This document shows positions 12,401 through 24,568 of a stretch of DNA of 64,000 bases, in pieces; position 1 is the first letter of the stretch; each line of letters opens with the position of its first letter. This stretch comes from Paraspadella gotoi (lineage: Eukaryota; Animalia; Chaetognatha). A program made the position numbers and the translations under genes. The stretch covers positions 8,918,120 through 8,982,119 of the forward strand of contig CM119271.1 in NCBI GenBank assembly GCA_051294375.1. The letters are read 5' to 3'. Below the pieces are notes generated by a model that worked only from the letters and a program-made list of their open reading frames with translations, was not told the origin of the DNA and searched no databases.

Positions 12401-14954
12401 CTTCCTCGTCGAGCCCCTTCTGCGCAAGTCGACGACGACGCCCGTTTTCCGGATCAGAGGAGGGTTCCTCCTCTGAAGAGTCTGCTGGCGGGTTTGACAA
12501 CTTCTTGTCGCGTCGTTGTCTGTACAGCCTTCGGAGTGGTCCTACAGCAGTGGAGGATTTGCGCAGTTGGCCAGGACGACGTTCTTTACCGTCGTGGGAC
12601 GTGCTTTCGCCAATACGCATTTCCGGCGCTGGTCGGATGTCTCTTCGCCGGCGGATTTTTGTCCTCCTGCTCAAGAGAGTTGCCTTGCCGCTCAGTTCGA
12701 CGCCGTTCGGAAGGACTCCAAGACGACGCGCGCTTTCAAGGCTTTTGAGCGCATCATGAGGGACGCCGGAGCGTCCGCTCATGCTGTCCTTTCTGTCGCT
12801 GACGCTCTCCGCCTCATGGTTGAGGCCCTTCGCTCGGAGGGGCCCGGTGCAGTGGACGCAGGCCACCTTGACGATCTTGCCAAGCCCCTTGGAGACGCCT
12901 CGTCGGGTTTGGCGGCGATTTTTGGTTCGGCCCTCTTGAGTCTCGGCGCTTAGTTGTCGACGCTGCCCCTTCGGATCTCAAGACAGTTCTGTCCAGTTCT
13001 CCGCCCTCACGTCGTTCTTTTCGGAGACCGCTCCACAGACGTCACTCAAGGCGTCCATTCTTCGCTTCCCGCTCGGGCGCCTCACAATTGCGCCTGTTCT
13101 GCTAGCCGCAAGCGTGGGCGTGGCAGTCCGCGTAGTCCCGCTCGCCATCCCTACCGGCCTCGCAAGTCTTCGCCGGCTCCCAAGCGTAGGGGCGGGGCTC
13201 CAGGGACGTCTAAGGACGCCGACTGATCGCCCGACAGCTCTTTTGGCCGTTGCCGATGTCCGGCCGTCAGTTTCTCCAGGCCCGGCTTTCGTCCATGGAC
13301 TGTTTTTTTGCGGTTTCTCATCCCCCCTTCTACGACGTCCGGTCAAGTGGCGTGGCACATCACCGAAGTCTTCGCGGGATTCCCCCCTCTTGGTTTGCTT
13401 GGTTACGAGTGATTCTGTCTCGTGTCGGCGTACTGAGGTAGCGTACGGGAGGGGAAGAGAAGGCGGGGAAGAGGAGGTTTCCTCTTCGTTTTTCTTTCGG
13501 GAGATGTCGAGTTTGCAGAGCAGATGCTCACTTTGTTGGTGGGGAAGAACCATGAAGAAATCCCGGTTCCATTTGGAACCATAAATTCTTCCGTGATGGA
13601 TTAATTCCTCGTTTTATAGGAGTGAGGAAGGACGTTCGACAAGATGCGTCTCACCTGAAAGCGGACATGGATAAACAAAAGGCGAATCTCATCGACGCCT
13701 TGTGTCGCAAAGGATGCGCCATGGCCGATTGGGTTTTAGCCCAATCGAGGAAGAAGAAAGAACCCATCAAAAAGGCCACTTCAGAGACTCAGACCGAAGG
13801 TGAGAATGAGAGAGGGAAAGGGAATGAGAAAGGCTGATATAAAGTGGCGCGTTATTTTTTGGGTTTTTTTGCAAATGAAAGATGTTGATGAGACAATAGT
13901 AGTAATTAGTATGACAGTTGATAAAAATAACCTAATTCATTTATTTTTTTATGAGTCTGGATTCGTTACTAATAATACTAATACTAATAATGGTCTACAC
14001 TCGAAGAGTGTTATTTTTTAGTAAAAGTCGACGAGGATGATGATAAGGAACCTTCGCCGGAAGTGGCATCCGAAGCGACGGAAGATTGCGCGACCCCGGC
14101 CGTTGAAGCAGCGCTCATCGATTTGGAAGCCACGCCCGTCGCTGAAGAAGATGCGCCCGTCGCTGAAGAAGCCAAGCCCGTAGATGAGGACGTCACGCCC
14201 GTCGCTGAGGAAGTCGCACCCATCGATACTAGAGCCAAACCTGTCATTGAGGCAGCCACGCCCATCGCTCAAGAAGCTACGATCGTCAACGGATCCGGCG
14301 ACGATGCAGGAGTTGAGACTCCGCCGTCCGCCAGAGAGAGCGCTGAGTATCTAAACGAAGGGGATGGGGACGCCGAGAATGTCAACGACGGTCATGGAGA
14401 CGCCGGGGACGACGGTGATGGGGATGCGGAGGAGGAAGATGACGAGGATGTGGACGCCCAGGAAGGAGATGCCGAGGACCTTGAGGGTGACGAGGAAGAG
14501 GCCGTCACAGAAGAGCCCGTGCCCGAGAAAGCTCCGAGAGAGGACTTCAAAGTGGAAGAAGGTTGTTTCGCCATAGTCAAATACAAAGCTTCAGACGTTG
14601 ACGAAATTTTGAAGGAACTGTTGATGTACGCTGACATCTCATCGCGCGAGTGTCATCCCTTCTTGACTAGGCACGCCTACGTGCACAGGTTGGTGTCACT
14701 TTGGGTGTTTTTGAATTCCTTTTGGTATTTTATATGTAGATTGTACAACTTCCCCCCCCCCTCTTCCTTGTAGGCATTATGCTCGAGCGATCAAGTGCCT
14801 TATGAACGAGGATCCCAAGGCGGACACGAAAGCTTCTAAGGAGAACGATAAACATTTGATCGAATGTTATCGTTACTTAGGATGGGAACACTGCGTCCGT
14901 TTCGCCGAGTCCAATTTATCCGCTAAATACCCCATTAATTACAGGCCGTTTTAA
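6464..14954 (+). CDS. TPP2: Tripeptidyl-peptidase II (subtilisin-like S8 protease), ~15 exons
   Basis: Catalytic motifs [16 protein letters not shown] (Asp), GSHGTHVAGIAA (His, split by an intron) and [13 protein letters not shown] (Ser); N-terminal [14 protein letters not shown]; C-terminal KYPINYRPF*. Confidence 0.96.
12057..13592 (+). mobile_element. Internally deleted, non-autonomous DIRS-like (tyrosine-recombinase class) retroelement in TPP2 intron 12007-13619
   Basis: Imperfect ~140-bp inverted terminal repeats (12056-12196 vs 13408-13550); extra right-end segment 13551-13585 with a GGTTCC-ATTT-GGAACC hairpin ending ATAAATT; TTCTTCC at both junctions (12057-63, 13586-92); GC-rich interior with a decayed gag-like frame (12516-13226, internal TAG, 'VVLFG' followed by a basic tail). 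Confidence 0.72.
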
Positions 14955-15824
14955 TAGCTCGATTGCGTTTTGAGCCGCCGAACGTTAACAAATTACAACT
15001 TACCGTTTAGTATAATTTTTTTTTTTGTCTTATTCTGGCAGATAATTTGTGATATTTGTTGTACGAATCGTCGTTATTTCGTAATTTTTTTTAAAAATTT
15101 TTCGTAGCTTTGTTTTATTTTTGTTTATTTTTTTTATTTTTGTTTTTGTCACACCTCGTGACAGGCTTCAATCAGACAGTTTTTGGGTACGTTTTGCTCT
15201 TCTCATTAGATGTCAGCTTTAAGAATAAAAGAATTATTGAATTTTGATATCATATTGTTAAAACGATAAAATGGCAACTGGTGATATTAAGATAAAATTT
15301 ATCATTGTCCAATTTATAATAATCTAGCTATTCAAAATTACATCGCTTTGTCAATTTTGTTTTTTACCTATTCTAAGTCAGATGTAGTTTGTAGATCGTA
15401 GGTTATATTAGATAGGCTATAGTTTGTCTCGCACAGTCCTCGAATATTGTAAACGGTGAGAGGAAAAAAATTAAAATTATCAAGTTCAATAAACTAAGTG
15501 GCCGTGATAACGAAATAACTTTTTTTTATTTTTTGAGGTGAATAAGACAAAGAAAACAGATATTTAACATGCCATCGATTTAAATTCACAATGACAAAAT
15601 AAACAAACATTAATTCTTGAAGTACATGTAAGTTTTTCTTACGGGCACTAAAATGCAAGCCAGTAGCGGTATTATTTCATACCCCGTTACTCGTCCGAGA
15701 GTCAGCAGCACATACCAGTCGTATTTTATGAGAACTTAGTTGTATTCCAGTTAAAAAAAAAAGCCATACAATGAATCCTCTTCTGGGAAATATATACTGA
15801 CGTACATTCTTTCTCGAAGATAAG

Positions 15825-17273
15825 ATGAACTCTCATCGCCATCTGGTCATCAAAGAAACCGAGGCGGGCGGTCGGTGGACGGACGGGACCCATCGCCCGC
15901 CCGATCCCTTCTCTTGCTACTGGTGCCGGATCGAGTTCTCCTCCCTCGACGAACTCCACTACCACGCCTTCTCCGCCCACAGGACTTGCAACGAAATTAT
16001 CTGCTTCATTTGCGGCACCAAATTCTCCACTCGGTACCGCGCGTCCAAGCACGTCGATCTCGTTCACAAGAAACTACGACCCTTCCGTTGCAGAGACTGC
16101 GGTAAGTGCTACTTCGCCAGCCACGACCTACTGCGGCACATCTACAGGGAACACTCGTCCGTCGAATACAAGTGCGAAGAGTGTTCGGCGACTTTTCGCG
16201 GAGACAGTGATCTGCGATCGCACTACTTCAAGGATCACCGATGCCGCATTAAATTTAAGGGGATTCTCGGCCCGGAGATCGAATACGTGCTGCCCATTTC
16301 AAAGTCGCTAACTTCACCGCTGAAGATGGTGACGAAGAAAAAGAAAGGGAATTATAACTCGTTCGCTAAATTTCGAAAAAAAAAACCTAGTCTCGCTTCC
16401 AAACCCGCGCAGAGGCGTTCCGTGGCCAAGAAGAGCACATCCCTGCGCCCGGCGACCTTATCATCCGTCGTTACCAACGAGAACGCGACGGCCCGACCGC
16501 GCTTAGCCAGAAAATGCACCGGCAAACTCCGGAAACTGGCCAATCGAAACTCTAATCTCCCGCCCTCCTCCGATGTCGATTGTGATAAAAGGAATCCGGT
16601 AGATCGCACTCGCGCTCCTTCACCGGACGAAGAGTGGTTTCCCAAAAAGAAATCTTGTCAACCTCGCCGCGGAAAGACTAACCGATTCCAGACGAAAGAA
16701 GCTTCTCACGGATCTCGAGTCAAGATTTCCGTTTTGAAACGATCCGCGACGGCGAATGATCTCGGTTTCCGCGACGACGGCTCCGCGCGCGTCCTCGATA
16801 CGGACGAAGACGTCGCCGACGTCATCGAGGTCGCCGAAGAATCTCCGGACAACGAGGTGGCCATTCTCAAAGTCCTACCTTGCCAAGTCTCGCCCGCGAA
16901 ACCGATTCCTTCTGACAGTCTTCCCGGGATTAAGATAATGACGCCGACGGTGTTCATCGAAGAGCCTCAAGTCGAAACGAAGAAAGAACTCGTGGACCAG
17001 GTGGAGCGTAAACTGAGGCTTTACGAATGCACGCATTGTCAGCGAAAGTGTGCCAACGTCCGTCTCATGGAGTCGCACCTAAAAAGCAAACACGGCATCC
17101 CGATGATAAACAGATACTGGAGCGAACATTTTAAAATATCTTATCTATGTACGATGTGTGATAAAAAATTTTTCGCGAAATCTAATATCGAAGCTCACGT
17201 CGCCAAGTACGAAGATTGCCGGTTTCACGACGCGGATACTGACGACGCTAGCGACTGCGTCATCTTGGATTAG
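15825..17273 (+). CDS. C2H2 zinc-finger protein (4 N-terminal and 2 C-terminal fingers), single coding exon
   Basis: 482-aa ORF with repeated CxxC...HxxxH motifs (e.g. FRCRDCGKCYFASHDLLRHIYREH) and a basic central linker. Confidence 0.88.
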   Translation: MNSHRHLVIKETEAGGRWTDGTHRPPDPFSCYWCRIEFSSLDELHYHAFSAHRTCNEIICFICGTKFSTRYRASKHVDLVHKKLRPFRCRDCGKCYFASHDLLRHIYREHSSVEYKCEECSATFRGDSDLRSHYFKDHRCRIKFKGILGPEIEYVLPISKSLTSPLKMVTKKKKGNYNSFAKFRKKKPSLASKPAQRRSVAKKSTSLRPATLSSVVTNENATARPRLARKCTGKLRKLANRNSNLPPSSDVDCDKRNPVDRTRAPSPDEEWFPKKKSCQPRRGKTNRFQTKEASHGSRVKISVLKRSATANDLGFRDDGSARVLDTDEDVADVIEVAEESPDNEVAILKVLPCQVSPAKPIPSDSLPGIKIMTPTVFIEEPQVETKKELVDQVERKLRLYECTHCQRKCANVRLMESHLKSKHGIPMINRYWSEHFKISYLCTMCDKKFFAKSNIEAHVAKYEDCRFHDADTDDASDCVILD

Positions 17274-17464
17274 TTGATATTTTCCAGTACAATTTCCCTC
17301 TGATGCCAAATTATTATTGATTTAGTTCTCGTCTCTAGTTTAGCCATTCGTTTCGTTTCTTAGTATTTAACTTTATTTTTCGTCATTTAGGCTCATACCC
17401 GAGGGTTTTTCTGTTTCTTTAATTCATTATTACTTTATTTATAGCTCAAACCAAAGCCTTGGAC

Positions 17465-20318
17465 ATGGCGGTGAAATCTGAATTTTTCGAAATGGGTCCT
17501 TGGACGCATCACGCGTCAAATCCTATGTTCGGCCCGATGGTAGACCCGCCGGCGCCGCCGCCGGCGCCTCCGTTTCCTTTTCCCGCCACCGTCAAGTCAG
17601 AATTCGCGGGTCACGAAAATTGGAAACCACCGACTTTCTTTCCACCTTTTCCAAGGTTTCCTCATCCGCCGCATCAATCACTTCCTCCTCCAGTTCCGCG
17701 TCATCATCAGCCACAAAATAATTCCTCCTTCCCTCCTTGTCCATCCGAAACGCCCTTCTTTCCCCCCGGTCCGCCTTTCGTCCCTTCTTCCCCTTCTCTT
17801 TCCTGCCCGGGTTCTTCCCTTCACTCCACAGTTGCCCCTCCTCTTCCGCCTCTTCCTCATCATCATCCTCCGCCTAATCTTCACCAGCCTTCATTTTCTC
17901 ATCCCTTCCCGCACCCACCCCATCAATCTGCTATTTCTCTTCCTCCGTCTGCCTTTCCCTATCAACACGCTCCCCCACCCCACTCTTCGATCCCTCGGCC
18001 ACAAATTAACGGTTGCCTATCCCACCCTATATCCGCGCCTAATCATCCTCTACCCAACGTTTCCCTCAGTCATCCCCCTTCGACACCATTATCACCTCCT
18101 AATGTTTCATTAAACCATACTACCCCTCACCACATTTCCTCCCCCGACGTTTCCCTCTCCCACCCTCCACCTCTCTCCATTCCCCCCACCGACGTTTCGC
18201 TTTCTCATCCGATGACTCCTCTTTCTTCCAACTCTTCACTCCCCCATCTTCCCGCCGCTTCGATGTGTCAACCATCACCCGACCCACTTACCCAAAATCA
18301 TTCCTTACCCAACTCTTTCGACGTCGCTTTTTCCGCGCCGCATCTTGACGCTTATCGCGGCAACTTTATCAAACGCGAATTGAACGAGATGGAATCAATG
18401 TCTCTTCCCACCAATCATCTTTCTTCATCAGCGACGCCTCCGTCTGCTTTTGCTCCGCCTTCGTCTCAAGAGTCTCGATCGATCGGAGAAAATGTCACGC
18501 CGCTTATCCCTGAACTGCCCCTCAACGCGTTAACGTCTGTCACTCTCACCACGTCCTCTGCCGCTCCCGCTCCCGCCCTTTCATCGTCCACTAATGGTCC
18601 CACAATTCTTTCGTCTTCCGACTCCATTCCGATCGCTGACGTTTCGGTGTTCCCACCAACCGCTTCTTCAACGAACTCCACTTCTCGAGAACCCGAGAGT
18701 TCTGAAATCTCAATAACTTCTATTCAGTCTTTAGCCCCGCCCGAGGCCGAAGCCTTCCGGGCCTCGGAGCCGGCAGCCGTCGGCTTGGTGGAGGATCCCG
18801 TCCACGACCTTCACAACGACATGTTTATCGATATTAAATACGCCCCGCCGGTCGAGGATACCGCCAGTCTCGGACTCTGCGCCGACGAGCCAGATGGAAC
18901 GCAGACTCCGGGTTCGACCGGCTCGGACCTTTTTAAAGACATCAAACCCTTCGTCCCTGGTGACGAAATGATGGTGACGGACATCAAACCCATCGACGTA
19001 GCGGGGACGACGACGATCAGTGAGGAGACGTTTCTCCCTGGCGGCGTCATCCCCGAAGGCAACGCCTTTTCCGACGTTTTAGAAACGAATCCAGCTAATT
19101 ACGCTCAGACGACTCACACTCTGTTGCGGGCGGATCCCTTAAAGATCGGGCGCTACTTCGACGGGCGGCCCCGGCCGCACGATCCCTTCACGTGTTATTT
19201 GTGTCACTTGGAGTTTCCCTCGTCCGAAGAACTTTTCGATCACATGCGTCGACATCACGGCGGAACGTGGAGTGAAAACGTCTGTCCCGTATGCGGAAAG
19301 CAGTTGTTGGACAAGCCTGGGGTGTCCACGCATTTCGATTTGGGTAAGAATTTTTGTTTTTTTTTGTTTTTTACAATTTATTTACTTAAATTTTTTTTCC
19401 CTAAAAGTCCATAAAAAACTTCGACCGTATAAGTGCGACATCTGCCATTCCTGGTGGGGCTTCGCGAAGCACGACGTGATGCGCCACAAAAACGCCGCTC
19501 ATCTAAAGGCCAAGTACGAGTGCACCCTCTGTCAGGGTATCTACCACAACGACCTCAACTTGCGTAACCACTACAAATCCCGTCACGACTGCCGCATCCG
19601 GTTCCGCGGTCACTTCGGTCCCGAGGTCGATCACGTCATCCCCCTGTCACCGACTGGCGCCAAGAACGTCGAGGGAAATCCCCGCCTCAGCCCTCGCCTT
19701 CTGGACTACGACGAAACGGCCGTCGTGGCGCGGAAGCGTAAGAGGGCGTCCGAGCTGCTCTCTGCCGGTGGAAGCACGAACTTTGTAGCGGGCTCCGCGC
19801 CTCCTTATCTCCATCCGCCCAACTTTCCCTTTCCCTCGTTTCCTACGGTCAAGACCGAGGCCTTCGCCGCCGCACAACCTGCTCCGCTCAAAGAGCTCGT
19901 ACTTTACGAGTGCGCCGAGTGCGGAAACCGCTACGGCCACAAGGACCTCATCAAGTTCCATCTCAATAAGAAGCACGGCGTGGAGAACGTGGACGACGAG
20001 CGGGCGCGTAAAGTTCTCTCGCCCTACAACCGGTTCTGCAAAGGAATCTACGAGTCGGTACGCGAGAGGCACCCGGATTTGCCCAACACCGAGATTTCCA
20101 AGATCGTGGGCCAAATGTGGCGGGAGGCGGCGGAGGAGGAGAAGAAGAAGTTTCGCGACGAGTACGAAAAGGATTTGATCGAAGCCAAAGAGATCGTCGA
20201 GAGGTACGAGCGACTCTGGGTCAAGAGATTTATGTGCATGAGGTGCGATCGACTATTCGACGACGAGGCGGAACTGTCGGGTCATTCGGCCGAGTGCGCG
20301 TCTTTGTCTTCTGGTTAG
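17465..20318 (+). CDS. Pro/His/Ser-rich C2H2 zinc-finger protein with an HMG box; tandem paralog of the 15825 gene
   Basis: Exons ~17465-19343 and 19408-20318 (GT-AG intron); finger array colinear with the upstream gene; HMG box RKVLSPYNRFCKGIYESVRERHPDLPNTEISKIVGQMWREAAEEEKKKFRDEYEKD. Confidence 0.88.
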
Positions 20319-20762
20319 GGCGTCGAATTAATTACGTACGAAAACGTACATAAAACACTTCATATCGCAATTTCAGCAATATTTTTAGTTTTTTTTTTTT
20401 TTTTTTTTTGCCTATTCTGATGATAAGCTCTTTGAAAATTACTTTGAAAATTGTATTCTAGTCATCATTCATTGCTTTATGTTATTGTCTGTACTGAATC
20501 AACCATGTTGAATTCGAAATAAAACGCATAATTATAGCACTTTTACGATACATTTTTAGCCTCGATATAGAAATAGACATACAATGTCAGGTTAGCATTT
20601 TTGTTATTTATTCTTGCCTATTTTTTAAATTTGTGTGTTTTAGTTTTTCTATGCACCAAACGCCCGTCATTTAACAACATTTGCCATTGAGATAATGAGC
20701 CTCCCACTAAATGAGTGATAGCAAACGGCCCACTTTATATTTATATTTATATTGATTAAAGT

Positions 20763-22321
20763 ATGTTCGATTCGGAATGGGACGACGACGACCTAAACTT
20801 AGACGAAATATTTTCGAACTCTGCTCGAAAGACCTCATCGGAAAAGCCTCACGAACCTCGTCAAAGCCGATCGATAAATGAATCCGTGTCAATCCGATCG
20901 TGCTCTTCCACGGGGTCGACCCAACCACGCAGCGTCTTGGGAGATCTGATGACCAACCGCGTCGCCGCGGATTCGAAGGCAGATGGACGTTTGGACGATG
21001 CGAGTGGCGAGCTTTTCGTGGTTCCCGTTCAAGAAACGACCAAATCGTCTTCCCGTCAAAACTTAAAGCGATCCGCGCCTTCTGATCCAATCCAATTGAC
21101 GTCGACCCCAGATAACGAGCGTCGAGATTTCACGCCTCAAAAATCAACCTCGGATTTGAGCGAAGAGCGCGTTTCTCGGTCCTCGTACTTTGAAGCGATT
21201 CTCAAGCGACGTTCGTCGAGTCCCTCGAGAGAGGCGTCCAATCCGAAGCGAAGAAAGTCGCGGTTTCCCGGTCCCGCGGGCCGCATCCAAGGCGTCGGCT
21301 CTGCGACCGCTCCAAACGAATCGACGCTTAACGAATCTCATGATGTCGTTGATAAGGAAGCATCGTTGCGTGATGTCGTCGAGAACTCTCCGCGCAGCGA
21401 CGACGAAGAGGGTGACTGTCGAGCCACTTGGGCGTCGTTGATGTCGTCCCTGTCGTCGTTCTCTCCCGGAGAACGTCCTCCGTCCTCGGCCAAAGATCTT
21501 CTCAACGCCGTCAACTTGGGATGGTTGTCCCGAGATCTCCTCTTCGGAACCCAACTGCCCGACGAGAAAGCGCCCCTCCTAGCCTTCATGATCCGAGCAG
21601 CGGATGTGGGCGTGGCGCAGACGCTGCTGCGAATGACGGACGAGGAGAAGAACGAGATGACGGGGTTGACGTGGAACGCCTCCGTCGATCCGGCTTTGCT
21701 GGAAAAACTCGTGCCGGGAACGTCGGTGTTGCTAAAGGTTGTTGTTGTTTTTGATATCTACTGGTGTTATTTACTACCTAGTTAAATTTTTGTACTACTT
21801 TGAAATCTGCTTCCCGCATTCAAACAATACCTTAAAAAAAAAATTTAAAAAATTTCCCTGCTCCTTCCCAGGACGCTTCCACCGGCTCTCTGGGCCACAC
21901 CCTCGTTTCCCAATACGTCGTTGTGACGGGATCGACCATCGCTCGCGTCGCTTACGTCGACCCCGAAGAACGACGCGTTCGCCTCTTCGTCTCCGACGCG
22001 TGTGACGTCGCCGAATCAGACTTTCGGCGTCTGCGTCACGTCTACGCCAAGTCGATCTCGTCGTCGCACGATTCGACGACGACGACGACGACGACGACGA
22101 AGAAATCGAGAAGCGACGATGTCGTCCGCGACTGCAACCATTCTCGAGACCCCCATCCCCGCCTCTCAACGGACGAAGCGGGTTCCGCCTCCCAAAGAAA
22201 GTTCAATTTCGTGAAGAGCGTTTCCAAATCAAAGTCGGCGAAGGAAACGAGATCGCCCGACGATGCCGCTAGTGATATCGATCCCGTAACTCTCAGTCAA
22301 ATGCTCGACGACGATTTTTGA
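20763..22321 (+). CDS. HROB: HROB/MCM8IP (C17orf53)-like OB-fold homologous recombination factor
   Basis: RFPGPAG motif, then PDEKAPLLAFMIR...EMTGLT...LEKLVPGTSVLLK|DAS...QYVVVTGSTIARV resembling the HROB OB fold; one intron ~21738-21871. Confidence 0.72.
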
Positions 22322-22515
22322 TTTGAATAGTTTATTTCTCGTTATCGTTGCTAATCTTATACATTTAATGTTATTTTTTCGTGTTTTCTCTCTTTTTTAA
22401 ATTTTTCATCGCTCACGTTGCCATAAAGGTTTCTATATTTCGTCCATTCAGATTCAGTTAGTTTTTTTTTTCTAGACCCAACCCCCGCACGATCAATTTG
22501 AACGTTGCACCAGCC

Positions 22516-24168
22516 ATGGCCTCAGCGCAGAGCTTGTTGGGGCTGGTGAATCAGCTTCAAAACATGGAGATGTGCTTCACTTCGATTCTCATGGAAGGCG
22601 CCATGAAACTGAGCGCTTTGACCGACGCCAAAATTTTCATTCTGGTAGAGACTCCGGAGGGGCGGCGGTTTTGCGGAAGGCGCCATCTCTGCGACGCTTA
22701 CGTCGGCGGCCTCTTGACGCCAGAGGCCAACGACGTCGAGTTGGAGATCAACACCGACGTGAGCGCCGTGCAGGAGAGGCATCTAGGTGAGATCTTTGAA
22801 TCCTGATTCAAGCATGACGCGGAATATTGAAAAAAATTGCTTTTATCACTTTTTCTTATTGGATTTCACTAAAATCACTCATTGTCCAAATGATAAATGG
22901 TCCTTAATTCCAGATCAAACTGTCGAAATCACCAACGTTGTATCCGGAAACATGAATGAACTTCACCACGCCCACCACCCGCCGCGAACGCGGAATCGAA
23001 AGCGAAAGTCCGCCAGCTCCGGTGGCTCCTCAAAAAGATCCAAGGAGAACGAGTCATACGTTCTCAAGACGGAATCCGGCGTCGACGCCGGTCTGCACGC
23101 CTTTCACGCCGGTTTGGCCCACGGGGATGGCATGGACGCGGAAATTCACCTCAACGGATCCGGCGATGTGCTGCCGCCGGACGATCGATTGCATCATCCG
23201 CTCAGGTGAGTTGGAGCGAGGAAAGGTCGTCCAAAGTTTTTATATACTAGTCATGTGTACTTTGTAGTCATTTGTAGATTTTGATTAATAAATTTCAACT
23301 TAAATTGTTTTCATACTAAAGCATGATGGTCAATACATACTTTCGCACGTTCATTATTTTATATAGCATTTGATCGATTTTTTAGATCGTCGGAAATCTG
23401 CCAGGAGAATATGTTGAGCAACTTGCCAGTTGTGCCAGCCGACAAAATAATGCAAAACCTACCCGACATCCCGTCCGACAAACTGATGGCGCTTCAGTGC
23501 GTTCCACCGGAAGAGGCGCTTACCAAAGGCACCGTTGGCTTCAAGCTTTTAAACTCGATACTCTACGATTTGGGGAAGCGGATCGCCCACGTGTGCTGCC
23601 GCAAGGGATTCATCGATTCAAAAGATCCGAGGGCCAAGGCGGAGTTCTCCTCGTAAGTTTATTAATTTAGAGTCATTTATTTGTCTTGGTTCAGTTTGAA
23701 CACCATTTCGTCGTATACAAAACTAATTAGTGGTATCATTTGATCCTTGTTGTGATTGGTAGAAACAGTTTTTCTGACCTGACAGTGTAACCTGTCTCTT
23801 TCGCGAAATTTAAAGAGTTTCCTAGTTGGCCATAGAAAGGATCTTTCTAAATGATATCCACATTTGAGGAATTTGTAGTTTGATCTTAATTTAATTTAAC
23901 TTTAAGCTCTTGTAAAAAATAGAAAAAAGGTTATTTGACAAAATCAATTAGTAGTTAGCACAATAAACTGAAAGGTTTTTTTTTCCCGCCGCTATTCAGT
24001 TACTTCGACGCTTGGGTCAATGATAACCTCCGACACTTGATCGAACACGGACTCAAGATTTTCGACGGGAACCAAAACAGATCGGCGATGGGCTTTATGA
24101 AGTATATCACACGGACAAACTTTAACAGCACTATGAAGGGTTTCGTGACCGTCAAGAAAATAAACTGA
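22516..24168 (+). CDS. Uncharacterised nuclear protein with a degenerate MADS-box-like N-terminus, 4 exons
   Basis: Exons ~22516-22787, 22914-23205, 23387-23652, 24000-24168 splice in frame; ILMEGAMKLSALTDAKIFILVETPEGRRF resembles the MADS core; NLS-like RNRKRK...KRSK. Confidence 0.65.
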
Positions 24169-24568
24169 CATTTTTAAAAACTTCTTTGTATTATTTATTT
24201 CTTCTATTACCGTCGAGTCTGCCTACGAGTTTTTTTGTTTTTTTTGTCGGCGACCGATTTTTCCCCAACGTCCAATAAAAAAGATATTTCCGACGTAAAA
24301 TTTACAAATGCTCTAGAAATAAAAATCTATATGCAAAATAAAGCTGCAATATCTACAAATTCTGCAATCTGATTGCAGCAATGGAAAGCTCGGTCGTCAG
24401 ACGAACATAGTACATTTACGTTTACATTCTCCGCCTCAGCGCGGTTCGTTTTTCATGTCGTGCCCTTCTTGATCCCGATGGCCCAAGCCGCTAGCGCTAT
24501 TTTTTCTCTTTCCTAATACATTTCGTATTTTCTAAAAGCTTGCGATGAGACGAAGTGAAATTTAAACA

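Noticed and set aside
12951-12953. Functional readthrough TAG in the gag-like frame
   Set aside because: The element is deleted and decayed, so a nonsense mutation is more likely.
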